Source: Hyaloraphidium curvatum SAG 235-1
Taxonomy: Eukaryota; Fungi; Monoblepharomycota
Reading direction: 5' to 3'
NCBI GenBank assembly: GCA_025558095.1
Contig: JAIVFI010000006.1
Span: 845,728-909,727, forward strand
Length of the DNA: 64,000 nt
This document shows, one piece after another, positions 34,665 through 45,216 of the stretch. A model generated the notes under the pieces. That model saw only the letters and a program-made list of their open reading frames with translations, searched no databases and was not told the origin of the DNA. Each line of letters starts with the position of its first letter. The stretch's first letter is position 1. The position numbers and the translations under genes were made by a program.

Positions 34665-35634
34665 TCACGCATAGCCCATCTTGGCCAGCCCCGCCTTGGC
34701 CTTGCTGCACCACGACCCCGGGTCCTCGTAACCCGTCGACCCCCAGATCTCCGCCATCGCCGCGCCGCACTCGAGCACTGGGGTGCCGGACCAGCTTGCC
34801 GCCGCGAGGGAGGAGCAGTCCGAGGGGGTGGGGGTCCAGACGCAGTTGGCGCCGTCGGCCGAGACGCAGGCTGGATGCAGGGGAGAGGCGTCAATCGGCT
34901 TCCGGCCACGTCTCGACGGACACCAGAAACCCACCGGGATTCCCGTCCGCGGTCAGCTTCACGGGCGTCAGCAACCCCTCGACGCACACGACCCCCGACC
35001 TGTCCGCCTTCGGCCCCGGCGCCGCCTTGTAGTCCGTCCACGCCGCCCCTTTCCCGGCAATCGCGGAAAGGTACCCCTTCTGCAGCGCCGCGAAGCTCGT
35101 TCCCCTCGGCTGCGCGGCCGGGTACTGCTGCGGCACCGCCGCCGACCCCTTCTTCTCCGCGCTCGCCGTGCACACCTGGCTGAAGGCCGCGCCGTCCGTC
35201 GCCGTGCAGGACAGGGGCTGCACGCAGACCTGGCCCCACTCCGGCCCGTCCGTCGCCTGCTCGCACTGCTGCGGCCCGTTGTTGCTGCAGGCAAACTGCG
35301 CCATGCAGACCTGGCACCCCGGCGACGCGCACGAGCCCAGGTCGGTGAGGTTGCGCTTGAAGCACCAGTTCCAGTCGCACCCCGACGCGCACTGCGCGCC
35401 GAAGTTCTGCCCGCACAGCTCGGCGGGGTCGTTGTAGTCGCACGGCGCGCACTGGAACGCGCCGCCGTCCTTGCACGTCGTCACGGCGACAAAGGCGTTG
35501 GCGCCGCACGGGCGGCCGGTGGTCCCATTGCTCGTGGAGAAGCACGGCCACGACATCTCGCCGCAGCCGGCAGTGGCGCGCTGCGCGCAGAGGACGAGGC
35601 AGAGGAGCGCGAGGAAGAAGGCGGCGGCGGGCAT
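34665..35634 (-). CDS. Secreted cysteine-rich protein, 1 intron
   Basis: Signal peptide and many Cys. The spliced C-terminal module reads TPVKLTADGNPACVSADGANCVW..LECG..WGSTGYEDPGSWC. Confidence 0.75.
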
Positions 35635-35870
35635 CGTGCGCGGGGTGGGAGGGGGAATCGGTGCGCCCGGCCGTGGCGCAGCTGAAAACCCGCCCGGCCG
35701 GCGTTCGGACCCGCTTTCATCCCACGTCCTTCCGGACTAAAAGCAACATGGGGTGCTTGCGGAACACGCGGGAGCTTAGTGCTCATCTTGATTCGGATTT
35801 GACAACGTGACGACACAGTTTCCCACTTTACGGCTCGTTCCAAAGCGCGGCGATCGGCCGTCCCATCGAA

Positions 35871-38694
35871 TCACGCCGACACCGTCAGCCTCGCCGTCGC
35901 CGAGCTAGCCCCATAGAGCTGCGTCGCCGCGGCCGATATCGCAACGTTGTTGATCCCCAGCCTCGCCCTCGCCGGGATCCTGTACCCCACGCTCGCCACC
36001 CCGGCCGCGTTGGTCGTCGCGCGGCCCACCACCGCCCCGGCGATCCGGAACACCACCGCCTGCCCCGCCACCGGCGGCCCCGCGGCCGTGAAAGCACGAA
36101 GGGTGGCGGACAGCGTCACCGTGCGGGTCCTCCTCCCGGCGGTGTTGCGCCCCGCCAGCCTCGTCTCGGCAAACACCCGCAAAGCCCACTCGGCGTTCGA
36201 AGGCGCCGCACCGTCGCCCCCGCCGAAGCTGGCCAGCACAGCATGCCGCATGCTCTGTACTATCGGCACCCGCCACGCCAGCCTCGCCGTCCCCGCGGCG
36301 TCGGTGGCGGCGTTCCCGGCGGCGACCCCGGCGATCTGGAAAATGACCTGCTGCCCGGCGACAGCGGTGCCGTTGTCGAACCGCACCGTGGCCAAAAGGG
36401 TGACCATGTTGCCCCTCCGCGCGACGGGGGCCGAGACGGAGATGCGGGTGCCGGCGGCGGGCAGCACTGCGACGTACGAGGTGTACACGACGCCCCTGTT
36501 GGTCGCGTGGATGGCGACGATGGTGCGCTCGCGGGCGTACCCGAAGCGAATGAAAAAGTCGTGCGCCAGCTGGCCCGAAGGAACCGAGACCAACTGCGGG
36601 ATGGTGACCAGGCCGGGGTTGTCCGTCGTCAGCGCGACGACCGTGTCGCCGTACCCGAAGCCGCCAAGCCTGACCCGCATGAGCACCTGGAACCCGGACT
36701 GCGCGCTGTACGGGAAGCTGGCGTCGGCGGGGTTGAGCTCAAGCAGCCTCGCGTAGACGGTGATCTTGCCCCGGCTCCAGGAGTAGTTGTTGCTGTCCTC
36801 GGGGCCGGGGAACGCCACCCCAGAGATGGGCGCCCGCGCGCCGTTGTCGGCCGAGGCGATGACCAGGAAATACTCGCCGCCATTTGCATACCACGGCATC
36901 CTCAGGGTGAGCGACACGAGGTCGGGGTCGAAGTGGGAGAAGCGCCCCAGGCGGTTGGGCCACTCGATCCTCGCGACCTCGTGGAACTCGCCCCCGACAA
37001 AGGTGCGCGTCTTGCTGATGTACACGTCCAGTCTCGCGGTGAGCTCCCTCGTGCCGAGGTTCTCGACCAGGAACCGGGACAGGGTGAAGTCGGTCCCGGC
37101 GAGCACGGTGGTGGGGAACTCGGCGTCGGCAAAGTGCTGGTAGCCGTCGGGGCGGAAGAGGTAGGCGCCCTGGTCGTCGCGCGATATTGCGCGCGAGGGG
37201 TGCAGCGCCCGCGCGCCTTCGGCGTCGTCGGCGAAAAGGTAAGGCCACCCGCGGTACCTGCATTGGGCGCGTCATCGTCAGCATTCCGGGACGAGAACCC
37301 ACACGGGGATGCACCCACGGGTCCTCGTAGTAGTTCATCGTCGCCGCGCCGTAGAAGTTGTGCGCCAGCCCCAGCGCGTGCCCCAGCTCGTGCAGCAGCG
37401 TCTGCCTCAGGCTGTGCACCCCCTGCCCGCCGTTGTAGATCCACTCCATGTCCAGCGTCCAGCCGAACGCGGGGTTGAGCAGGATGTCGGCCTCGATGAT
37501 GCGGCCGCCGGCCGCGCGGACGACGCAGTTGGCGAGGTCGTTGGGGCCCCACGTGAAGCCGTAGATGCGCTGCGCGTCGGGGGTGGAGACCCAGCCGGCC
37601 ATGTCGCTCAAGCCGTTGCCGAACGAGTAGGTGCCGCTGGGGACGGTGATGCGGAAGACGTCGACGAAGCGGTTCCACTGCTCCATCTGCGAGACGTCGA
37701 CGTAGTAGTAGTTGCCGAACGAGGTGGGGAAGGGGTTGAAAAACAGGGGGGCGTTGGACGGGATGGTGGTGACGTAGCGGGACTGCAGGCGGTTGCCCGA
37801 TACGGCGGCGGCGGGGGGCGGGTACGTGACGTTCAGGTTGCTTGCCGGGTCCTCGACCGTCCCGGCGCCCGGCCTGGCATCCGCGGCTGCGGCAGGTCGG
37901 TTCGGACCGTGGAGGCGGCGGAACTCCTCGAGCGTCATTGCGTCGGCCGGCACCTCCACCTGGCCGTCCCTCGCCACGTACTCTTCGGGCGTCTGGAAAA
38001 CGGGCCTGATGATCCTCGGATCGTCCGCGGCGGGCTTGTCGTGCCCCATCTTGGGCTCCGCCTTGATCTCCCCCATGCGGTCCCGGATGAAGGCTCTGAC
38101 GTCGTCGATCCCCGCAGGCCTGGGCGGCCCGGCGCGCTTGCGCAGCCCGCCGGCGTCGCGCGCCCTCGACACCGTGCCGTCGGCGTCGGCCACCAGCATC
38201 GGCCCGCCGCCTACCTCCGTGATTGCGCTGCCAGCGATTTCGAACTGGCCCTGGGTCAGGCCGACGACGGGGGTGCCCTGCAGCGGGCCGGCGGGGCTGA
38301 GCAGGAGCAGGTACCGCCCGCCGACCTGCGGGCGCGGCACGCCGGCCAGATACACCTCGATGCCGTCGATCGTGCCGCCGAAGTACGTGAGGTTGAGCAG
38401 CGCCGGCGGCGGGTTGGGCACGGCGGGGCCGGGGGAGAGGACGTCGAGGGCGCCGAAGGCAAAGTCGGTGAGGACGTGCTGGCCGTGCGGCCCGGCGGTG
38501 CGCGAGGTGGCGGCGACGACGGTGCCCGCAATCACGGCCGCCGAGTCGCGGAGGGCGGCGCGGAACGGCAGCGGCACCACGGAGGCGGCGTCGGCGGCGG
38601 CCGCGAAGATGGCGATGGCCGCCCCGACCAGCGCGGCTGTGGCGGCCCACGCGGCGGCACCCCCGCGGCGAGGAGATCCGAGGCCGCCCATCAT
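35871..38694 (-). CDS. Secreted metzincin (M10/matrixin-like) metalloprotease with C-terminal bacterial Ig-like repeats, 1 intron
   Basis: Signal peptide; IIEADILLN; HELGHALGLAH; Met-turn ATMNY. Intron 37258-37318 joins the two ORFs. Two VTLxATxR..VAGQxVxFxIAG..GxATTxAAG repeats. Confidence 0.88.
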
Positions 38695-39088
38695 TGTTGG
38701 TACGGGCGCTGCTGTCGCGGGGGGGCGCGCGCGCAGAGTTGCGGAGGAAGATCCTCGCGCTTGGCCGTGGCTGACGGCCGGTCTGGCCTCGGCACAGCGG
38801 CCCGATCACAGGCCCGCACACGCCCTGATCGCTCGATGAGCGATGCATACGGAGCATCCACAGAGGCGGATGATGCGTGGGAGGTGCCATGTCTTGCACG
38901 GAGCGGCCTCTCAGCTCCTGCCGAGGGCGTTTGGGACCGCATGTCGGAGGGGATCTTCCGCCCCCGGCCGGTCTGCCCGACGGACGGACCGCGTGCTCGG
39001 GTTGCGCCTGACCAGGACGGGACCTTCTACTAGATCCCAAAGCTCACGAAGTCCCAACAGGAATGCAATCCGAGTCCCGCCGCGTAGC

Positions 39089-39345
39089 TCACAGGCCGTC
39101 GAGGATCATCTTCAGCTCGTGGGCGACCTCCCCGAACGACGGCCGTGCAGCGGCATCAAACGCCCAGCACTTCCGCATGAGCGCCCAAGTGGCGTTGGGG
39201 ATCCGATCCGGGATCTGCGGGCGGAAATCGGGGTCGTTCCGGATCCGGGCATCGAACGCCTCGAGGTCGACGCCGTGCCCGGGGATCACCATGCCCTCGT
39301 CCATGAGCTCTTCGCCGAGGGGGGTGTCGCCCTCGAACAGGAGTT
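39089..39345 (-). pseudogene. 3' fragment of a third LRR-kinase family member
   Basis: ELLFEGDTPLGEELMDEGMVIPGHGVDLEAF..CWAFDAAARPSFGEV closely matches the C-terminus of paralog 2; similarity stops abruptly near 39345. Confidence 0.85.
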
Positions 39346-39464
39346 CTACAAGGCCGAGGCTGGGCAGCCCGGGTCAACAGCATGTTCGGATTCCTTGGTC
39401 GGACCGTTGCTCGCTGATCGTAGAAACTCAGCTCTATTCGGGCATCGGTGGCCAGCCCTTACAT

Positions 39465-40465
39465 CTACTGATGGTAACAAGGGCGATCAACGTCGCTAAG
39501 GTCTTCAATTGGGAAAACATAAACCACATTTTGGAGGTTGGAAACCAAGGCACCGGTATTGTGGACCTCCGTCGCCACGGAGTTTCCCTCCTGCTGATCC
39601 TCGTTCGCAGCCGAATCTCCCAAGCTCCAATGATCCGAATTGTCAGACGGCTCGCTGTCAGGAGCGTTGCTGGTCCTGTCATCCGGCTCAGAGAAGCGAA
39701 AGTCATCGTCATCCACCAAGGCCTCCAGCTCTTCATCCTCTTCCAGCGTACCTCCTCGGTCCCCACCGCTCCAACCAGTATCTTCGCACCAAACCCGCAC
39801 GGATTCGGTGTCCCACGTCATCGTCTGCCAGCGGCCCGGCCTCTTGGCAGTATCGTGCCAGGTTCCCGGAGGTCCCAATGAATCCTCGATTCGGATTTTG
39901 GCGTCGTAGAAGCGATGTCGCACCCTCCATCGCGACCAGAGCCTAACACTGTGTTCCGCGCGAAGCTCCACTAGACAGGGCATGGTCGAAATCATGCGCG
40001 ATAGCTGCCCTGGGCGGAAGATGCTCGACCAGATGTCCAGGATACGCAGGCGCCGCAATCCCGCCAGGGCGCCCAGTGCCGGGGTACCCAAGCGCAATTG
40101 ATGGAGCCGCAGAGTGAGCAGATCAGGCAGGCGCGCTGTGACGACTTCCAGCGGGATCATGAATGATTTGCCGTCCTCTTCAAATGCGGCCAGTAGGAGG
40201 TGGCGTACTCCGTGCGGGAGCGATCCCAGGACAACGCGTAGAGTCTCAGGCTCCGCTTCCCAGAAAGTGAGGATCAAGGTGGTTAGGGAAGTCATACCAG
40301 CGAGCGCAGCAGCGAAAGAACCCGCAGCATCAGATTAAACGAAAAGGCGAGGGAGTGAGAGTTCCTGCAGGTTGATCGCGCTCGAGAGGAGCTCGTACAG
40401 GTCATTGCACGCCGAGGAATAGCCAATGCGCAATTCGCGTCCACCAATCGGCCCCTTGGCGTTCT
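39465..40465 (-). pseudogene. Degenerate LRR (F-box/RNI-like) gene
   Basis: LRR-like repeats continue upstream through an in-frame TAA at 40335-40337 (NLQELSLPRLFV*SDAAG); lower GC. Confidence 0.55.
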
Positions 40466-40624
40466 AGCCTCGGGACATCGGGCTTCGTCCGCGAATCGAC
40501 ATTCATTCCGTCCTGTGCTTCACCCCCTGGACCAACCATGCGTGTCCGTGCCAAATGACCTCCAGCTCGATCGGACGATGCCAATCCACAGAGGTGCATC
40601 TCGAAACCTCCATTCAATAGCATA

Positions 40625-41554
40625 TCACAGGTCGACGTACACCACCCTCTCGTCCTTGGTCCTCGCAATCAACCTCCTCCTCGTCGACCCTCCCGCCGAG
40701 CTCCCGCTCCCGCTCCTGTTCCCCGATCCCGATCCCCGCCCGCTCCCGCTCCCGCTCCCGGCCCCTTTCCCGCCCCCGCTCCCCGCATTGTCGACTTCGT
40801 CGTCGTCGTCGTCGTCCTCCTCCTCCTCGTCGTCGTCGTCCCCATCGTCGGAGCCGTCCGCGGGCGAGAACCGGATCGGGATCTCGACGCAGAAGAGCGT
40901 CTTGGGCCCGTCGTTGAACGCCGTGAGCGCGTGCAGGGTCATCTTTATCGTTTGCTGCACGCAAGTGGGTTGGGGGGGGGGGGGGGGAGGGTCAGCCTCT
41001 GTGATCGGTAGGAAGGGGGGCCCGGGGAGGAACGTACCCCAACGGGAGCGGACGGGTCCACCGTCATGGGTTTCTTGGTGACCAGCGTGAGGTTGCCCTG
41101 CGCCACGGGGCACTTGAACAGCGGGCAGAGCTGCACGCTGCACCCGGCGCGGATCAGCCCCCGTCCTTCGCCTTCCGAGGTGCGCGGTGGGAACCCACAT
41201 GGCGTCCTCCCCCTTGCGCTTCCCGTTCACCTCGGCGCGCATCCGCATCTCGGCGCCGAGCCCGATGGTCTCCTTGACGTCCATCCGCGCCTCCCACCGG
41301 AACTCGCCGCCCACCCGCGGCCGCGCCGGCTTCAGGAAGACCTCGACGACGGGGGCGATTTCGTCGGATTTGAGGTCCGCGCAGCGCTTGACGGCGAGGT
41401 TGGAGGCGATGCGGGGGGCGCGGGGGGCGAGCGGGGCCGCGCGGGCGGGGAGGGGGAGGAGCGCGGGGAGGAGGAGGGGGAGGAGGGAGAGGAGGAGGAG
41501 ATTGAGCGGGAGGAGCGGCCGCGGCGGCCGGCGAGGGGGCGGAGGGCGCGGCAT
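40625..41554 (-). CDS. ML-domain (NPC2/MD-2-like lipid-binding) secreted protein with acidic and Gly-Ser tail, 2 introns
   Basis: Signal peptide; VFLKPARPRVG; spliced LCPLFKCPVAQG; LFCVEIPIRF. Confidence 0.7.
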   Translation of the reverse strand: MPRPPPPRRPPRPLLPLNLLLLSLLPLLLPALLPLPARAAPLAPRAPRIASNLAVKRCADLKSDEIAPVVEVFLKPARPRVGGEFRWEARMDVKETIGLGAEMRMRAEVNGKRKGEDAMWVPTAHLGRRRTGADPRRVQRAALPAVQVPRGAGQPHAGHQETHDGGPVRSRWGTFLPGPPFLPITEADPPPPPPQPTCVQQTIKMTLHALTAFNDGPKTLFCVEIPIRFSPADGSDDGDDDDEEEEDDDDDDEVDNAGSGGGKGAGSGSGSGRGSGSGNRSGSGSSAGGSTRRRLIARTKDERVVYVDL

Positions 41555-41639
41555 CGCGTCGACACGGAGTGAGGGGTGGGTCGATTCCGGGTCCAGGTGA
41601 GGGGTTAGCGAGGAGCTACGGGAATCCGCTAAGCCGTAG

Positions 41640-43180
41640 TCAACCTACCGCGATTGCAGTGCGCGAATGGCGGAGCTGGTCTTGGAGACGACACGGCAGA
41701 CTCCCAGTTGGAATGTCAACGTTTATTGGGGGCGCAAGTGGTTCTCTGGGTTCCTCAGACGGCGGGGGCTCTCGCTCCGCGTGCCAACCACGGGATTCGC
41801 ATCTGACCGGCCGCGGCCGTCGCTGAAGCTGGTTCCAACGGGATCTTCTTGCTTTCTCGAGGAGGCTAGAGGCTAGCGGCGACGATTCACACGAGTTCGC
41901 GGAGCTGCGTGTGCAGTCCATGATGGGCGAAACTTTGGACTCCTTCTTTGGACTGCTGGACCGCTGCGAAGAAGTTGTACACGATGCCATTTCTCCAGCC
42001 TAGTACATCAGCGCGCGGCGCGAACTTCTGCACCGGTGCTTCGCTGCCCGGAAACATCCTGCTCAAGGCGTTCTATCGTGGCCCGTGCGAGAGCAAGGTT
42101 CCTCCGTATCTTGCCTCGCGCTCACCTTTCCCGTCCATCCAGCTGCAAAACGACGTCCAGGGAATCCTCAACCGCCGTTCAGTGACGTCGACATTCGGTA
42201 CCTTCCCATCTTCGTCGCCCTCGCCGCCGTGCCGCAGTTCTCGGGAACCACGAGCTGTACCTGCCGGAGCATGAATGCCTGGATGGCACCAGTGCCAACA
42301 ACGTCACGGATAGAAGACCCCGCAGCATGGAGGACGCGGACAGCCCGAGGACGACTTCTGGGAGGAGACGGTCACGGTCCGTCCGGATTTTGTTCGGGGG
42401 CTTGTAACGCTGAGGCCACAAAGCGTGACGGTGTGCGTCGAAGAATCACCCACCACACCATCACATCGGCCCCATCTGCCGGTCGGCAACGGCGATGCGG
42501 GCTCGCAAGAAGCGCAAGAAGGAAGTCTCGGTAGAGCGCTCTCGGTGAGGGCGCGGTCTCGGTGAGCCGGCCTGCTTGGCGGCCGCGGCACGACGTCGGA
42601 CGCCCACTGACCCCCCCACCCCCCTCCCGCACCGGATTCGACCCTCCTTGCCCTCCACGCCCTCGAAAGCGTATTGCCGGCCATTACGCGAGAGCCACAT
42701 CCACGACCGGCAACCAAACCCTCCGGCTCACCGAGGAGGTTGGGGACACGGAGGCGCCGTGGACCTGGCTCACTCTTCCCTCTCCTCGACCCTTGCTTCT
42801 CCTTCAGGATCTTACACACCGTTGTCTTTCACGTGAGTGGCAGCGTTTCGACATCATTGCCCTGTGAGCTGATCCTTCTGTGACCCTGCTCCGACGACAG
42901 TCGACGCGCGGCGTCAAGGCCGACAGCACGACCGCTCTCCATCAAGTTGCGCATCCACAACGCTGTTAAGATCAGCAGTGGAGGTGCACGCGGATGCTCA
43001 AGCTGCTGCTGCCTGCGCCGAGCCGATCTTCACCGATGGGGCCAGGAACCTCATCTAAACATACCTGTCCGCAGGGTAAGCGGCGGCAGCTACGAAAGCG
43101 TGCGCATGTTGACCAGCATTCCTTTTCCTACGATCTCAACGCTGACGGGCCTGATTTTTGATCTGCACGGATGATGGCGC
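41640..43180. other. Lower-GC degenerate region with stop-interrupted frames; unassigned relic
   Basis: No long host-like ORF; fragments such as METLDSFFGLLDRCEEVVHDAISPA*YISARRELL. Confidence 0.3.
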
Positions 43181-43384
43181 TGCGGTGCTATTATGTGGCA
43201 TATGTGTTGCTTGTATATGGCAAATTACAGTAAGCTGTCCCCAACACGCGTCCCAAGCAGGCAACGAGGGCGGCCGCCTCCGATCGCGCTCCAATTGGCA
43301 GATTAGGTCGATAGATACACCGCATAGCAGGATTCCCGGCACCGCCGACCCCTGCGCGCCCGTCCGCCCCCGCACCGCGACGCC

Positions 43385-45058
43385 TCACGCGTCCGGCGGC
43401 GCCACCATCGTGTCCATCCTCACGCTCTGGTAAATGCTCTGCCCCGCGCCCCTCAGCACCGCCCCCAGGAACTGCCCGTAGTCCGGCCGGACCCCTTGCT
43501 GCGCCGCGAACGGGACCACGTGGAACTCGGCCTCGGGGATGCCTTTGACGTGCTCGGCGAACAGGGCCTCGGTGTTGCGGGTGTACCGGTCCAGGGAGAG
43601 GAAGAGGTACGTGCGGACGCGCTGCACGGACATGAGCTGCGAGAGGAGGTCGCGGTACATGGGGGGGGCGATGCCGTTGGGGTCGGGCTATCCGGGAAGA
43701 AACGGGGGTCAGCGGCGCACACGGAGGCGGGGAAAGGAGACCCCACTATGTGGTCGTGGTACCACCGGTCGTTGGCCTCCCCCGAATCGCGGAACCGCCG
43801 GCCGTGCGGTGGCGCGTCGCCGACGTGCACCAGCACGCGGACCTGGTTCCGCCACGAGAGCTTCGTCGCCTGGCACGCGTGCGGGCGTCAGCCGGATAAG
43901 GGCAGCGGGGGAAAGGGACGCACCTCGCGCAGGCCGCCGAGCACGTCCTCGGCGAAATCGCTCCCGTACCCGCCCCTGCACGCCACCCCCTCCAGGAACC
44001 CGCCGACCTCCTCGGGCGTCCCAAAGTCCCGCACGAAATACGTCGGCACCCCCCTGTCGTCGAAGTCCGTGTACCCGACAAAGGCCATGCGCACGGCGAC
44101 GTGCGGGTACTCGGCGCGGAGGTGCCCGAGGAGGTCGCGGATGGCCTGGTGCACGAAGCCGAGGTAGGTGCCCATGGAGGAGGTGCAGTCGACCATGAAG
44201 GCGATGTCGATTTCGAAGCTGGAAGGGGGGCAGGTGGTTTCCAAGGGGTGGCCGGTCGCGGGGGGAGGGGGGGCCGGCCGGACGCGGGGAGATGGGAGGG
44301 CGGCAGGTCAGCGGCTGAAGGCATCGGGCGGCACGGCGCCGGATTACCTGCTGGCGGCGAAGGACGACAGGTTGTTCATGATCCTGTAGTCCCTCAGCGC
44401 CCTCTCGAGGAAGCTCCTCGCGGCGCCGGGCGCCATCCCGCCCACCGCGCGCTTGATCGCCGAGATCTCGGCCCTGAGCTCCCCGGCGGGCACGTTCAGC
44501 ACGGTGGCGAGGTTCTCGCCGGCGCCGAAGCCCTCGGCGCGCGAGGCGGCGATGTCGTCCCAGCGCGCGCGGTCGGCGGCGAGGGCGGCGGAGAGGGCGG
44601 CGCGGGGGAGGCGGGGCGGGGGGGCGGAGGTGATCGGGTACTGGGCACACGGGTGTGATCAAGCACGGCACACGGGGCGACGGCGGGAGGGGACCCACGA
44701 GGGTTGCGGCCAGCGCGGCCTCGAGCTCGTCGGCCCTCGCGAGAACCTCTGCAGCGTCCGCGTCCATGGCGGCCAGGCTGCCGACGATGTTCCTGTTTTT
44801 GGCTGCGGCCGACAGCCGCTGCACGGCCTGCAGCACGGCGGCCAGCCTGCCCACGCCGGCGCCGACCTCCGCGGCGGTGGCGGCGTCCAGCTCGCCCGCT
44901 GCGGCGACGGCGGCCGACGCCTCGCGCACGGCCGACGCGCACAGCTCGGCGAGCTCCGAGAGCGCGGCCTTGACGGGGAGCTGCTTGGTCGAGCGGCCGA
45001 TGAGCGAGGAGAGGTTGGAGAGCGAGCGGAGCATCTGCGCGGGCGACGGCGCGGCCAT
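43385..45058 (-). CDS. N-terminal helical (MLKL 4HB-like) domain + vWA domain of the alpha-kinase-associated type, spliced
   Basis: IDIAFMVDCTSSMG (MIDAS), AFVGYTDF, GGYGSDFAEDVLGGL, VLVHVGDAPPHG; amphipathic helical N-terminus. Confidence 0.8.
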
Positions 45059-45153
45059 CGCGGGGGCGGCGCGGGGGGACGGCGGGAGGGTGGGGGGCCC
45101 GGAGGCTGGTAGGCCCCGCAGAGCCGGCGGGGGAGAGGAGGGGTGCGGCGACC

Positions 45154-45190
45154 TGACTGACTGACTGACTTTCGGGGAGGGGAAGGGATT
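45154..45190 (-). promoter_or_regulatory. AATCCCTT-N13-(GTCA)4 motif in the 158-bp gap between divergent genes
   Basis: Same motif as upstream of both LRR-kinases, in the same orientation relative to the vWA gene. Confidence 0.5.
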
Positions 45191-45216
45191 GCGCACGGCA
45201 CAGCTCCCGCGTCGAA

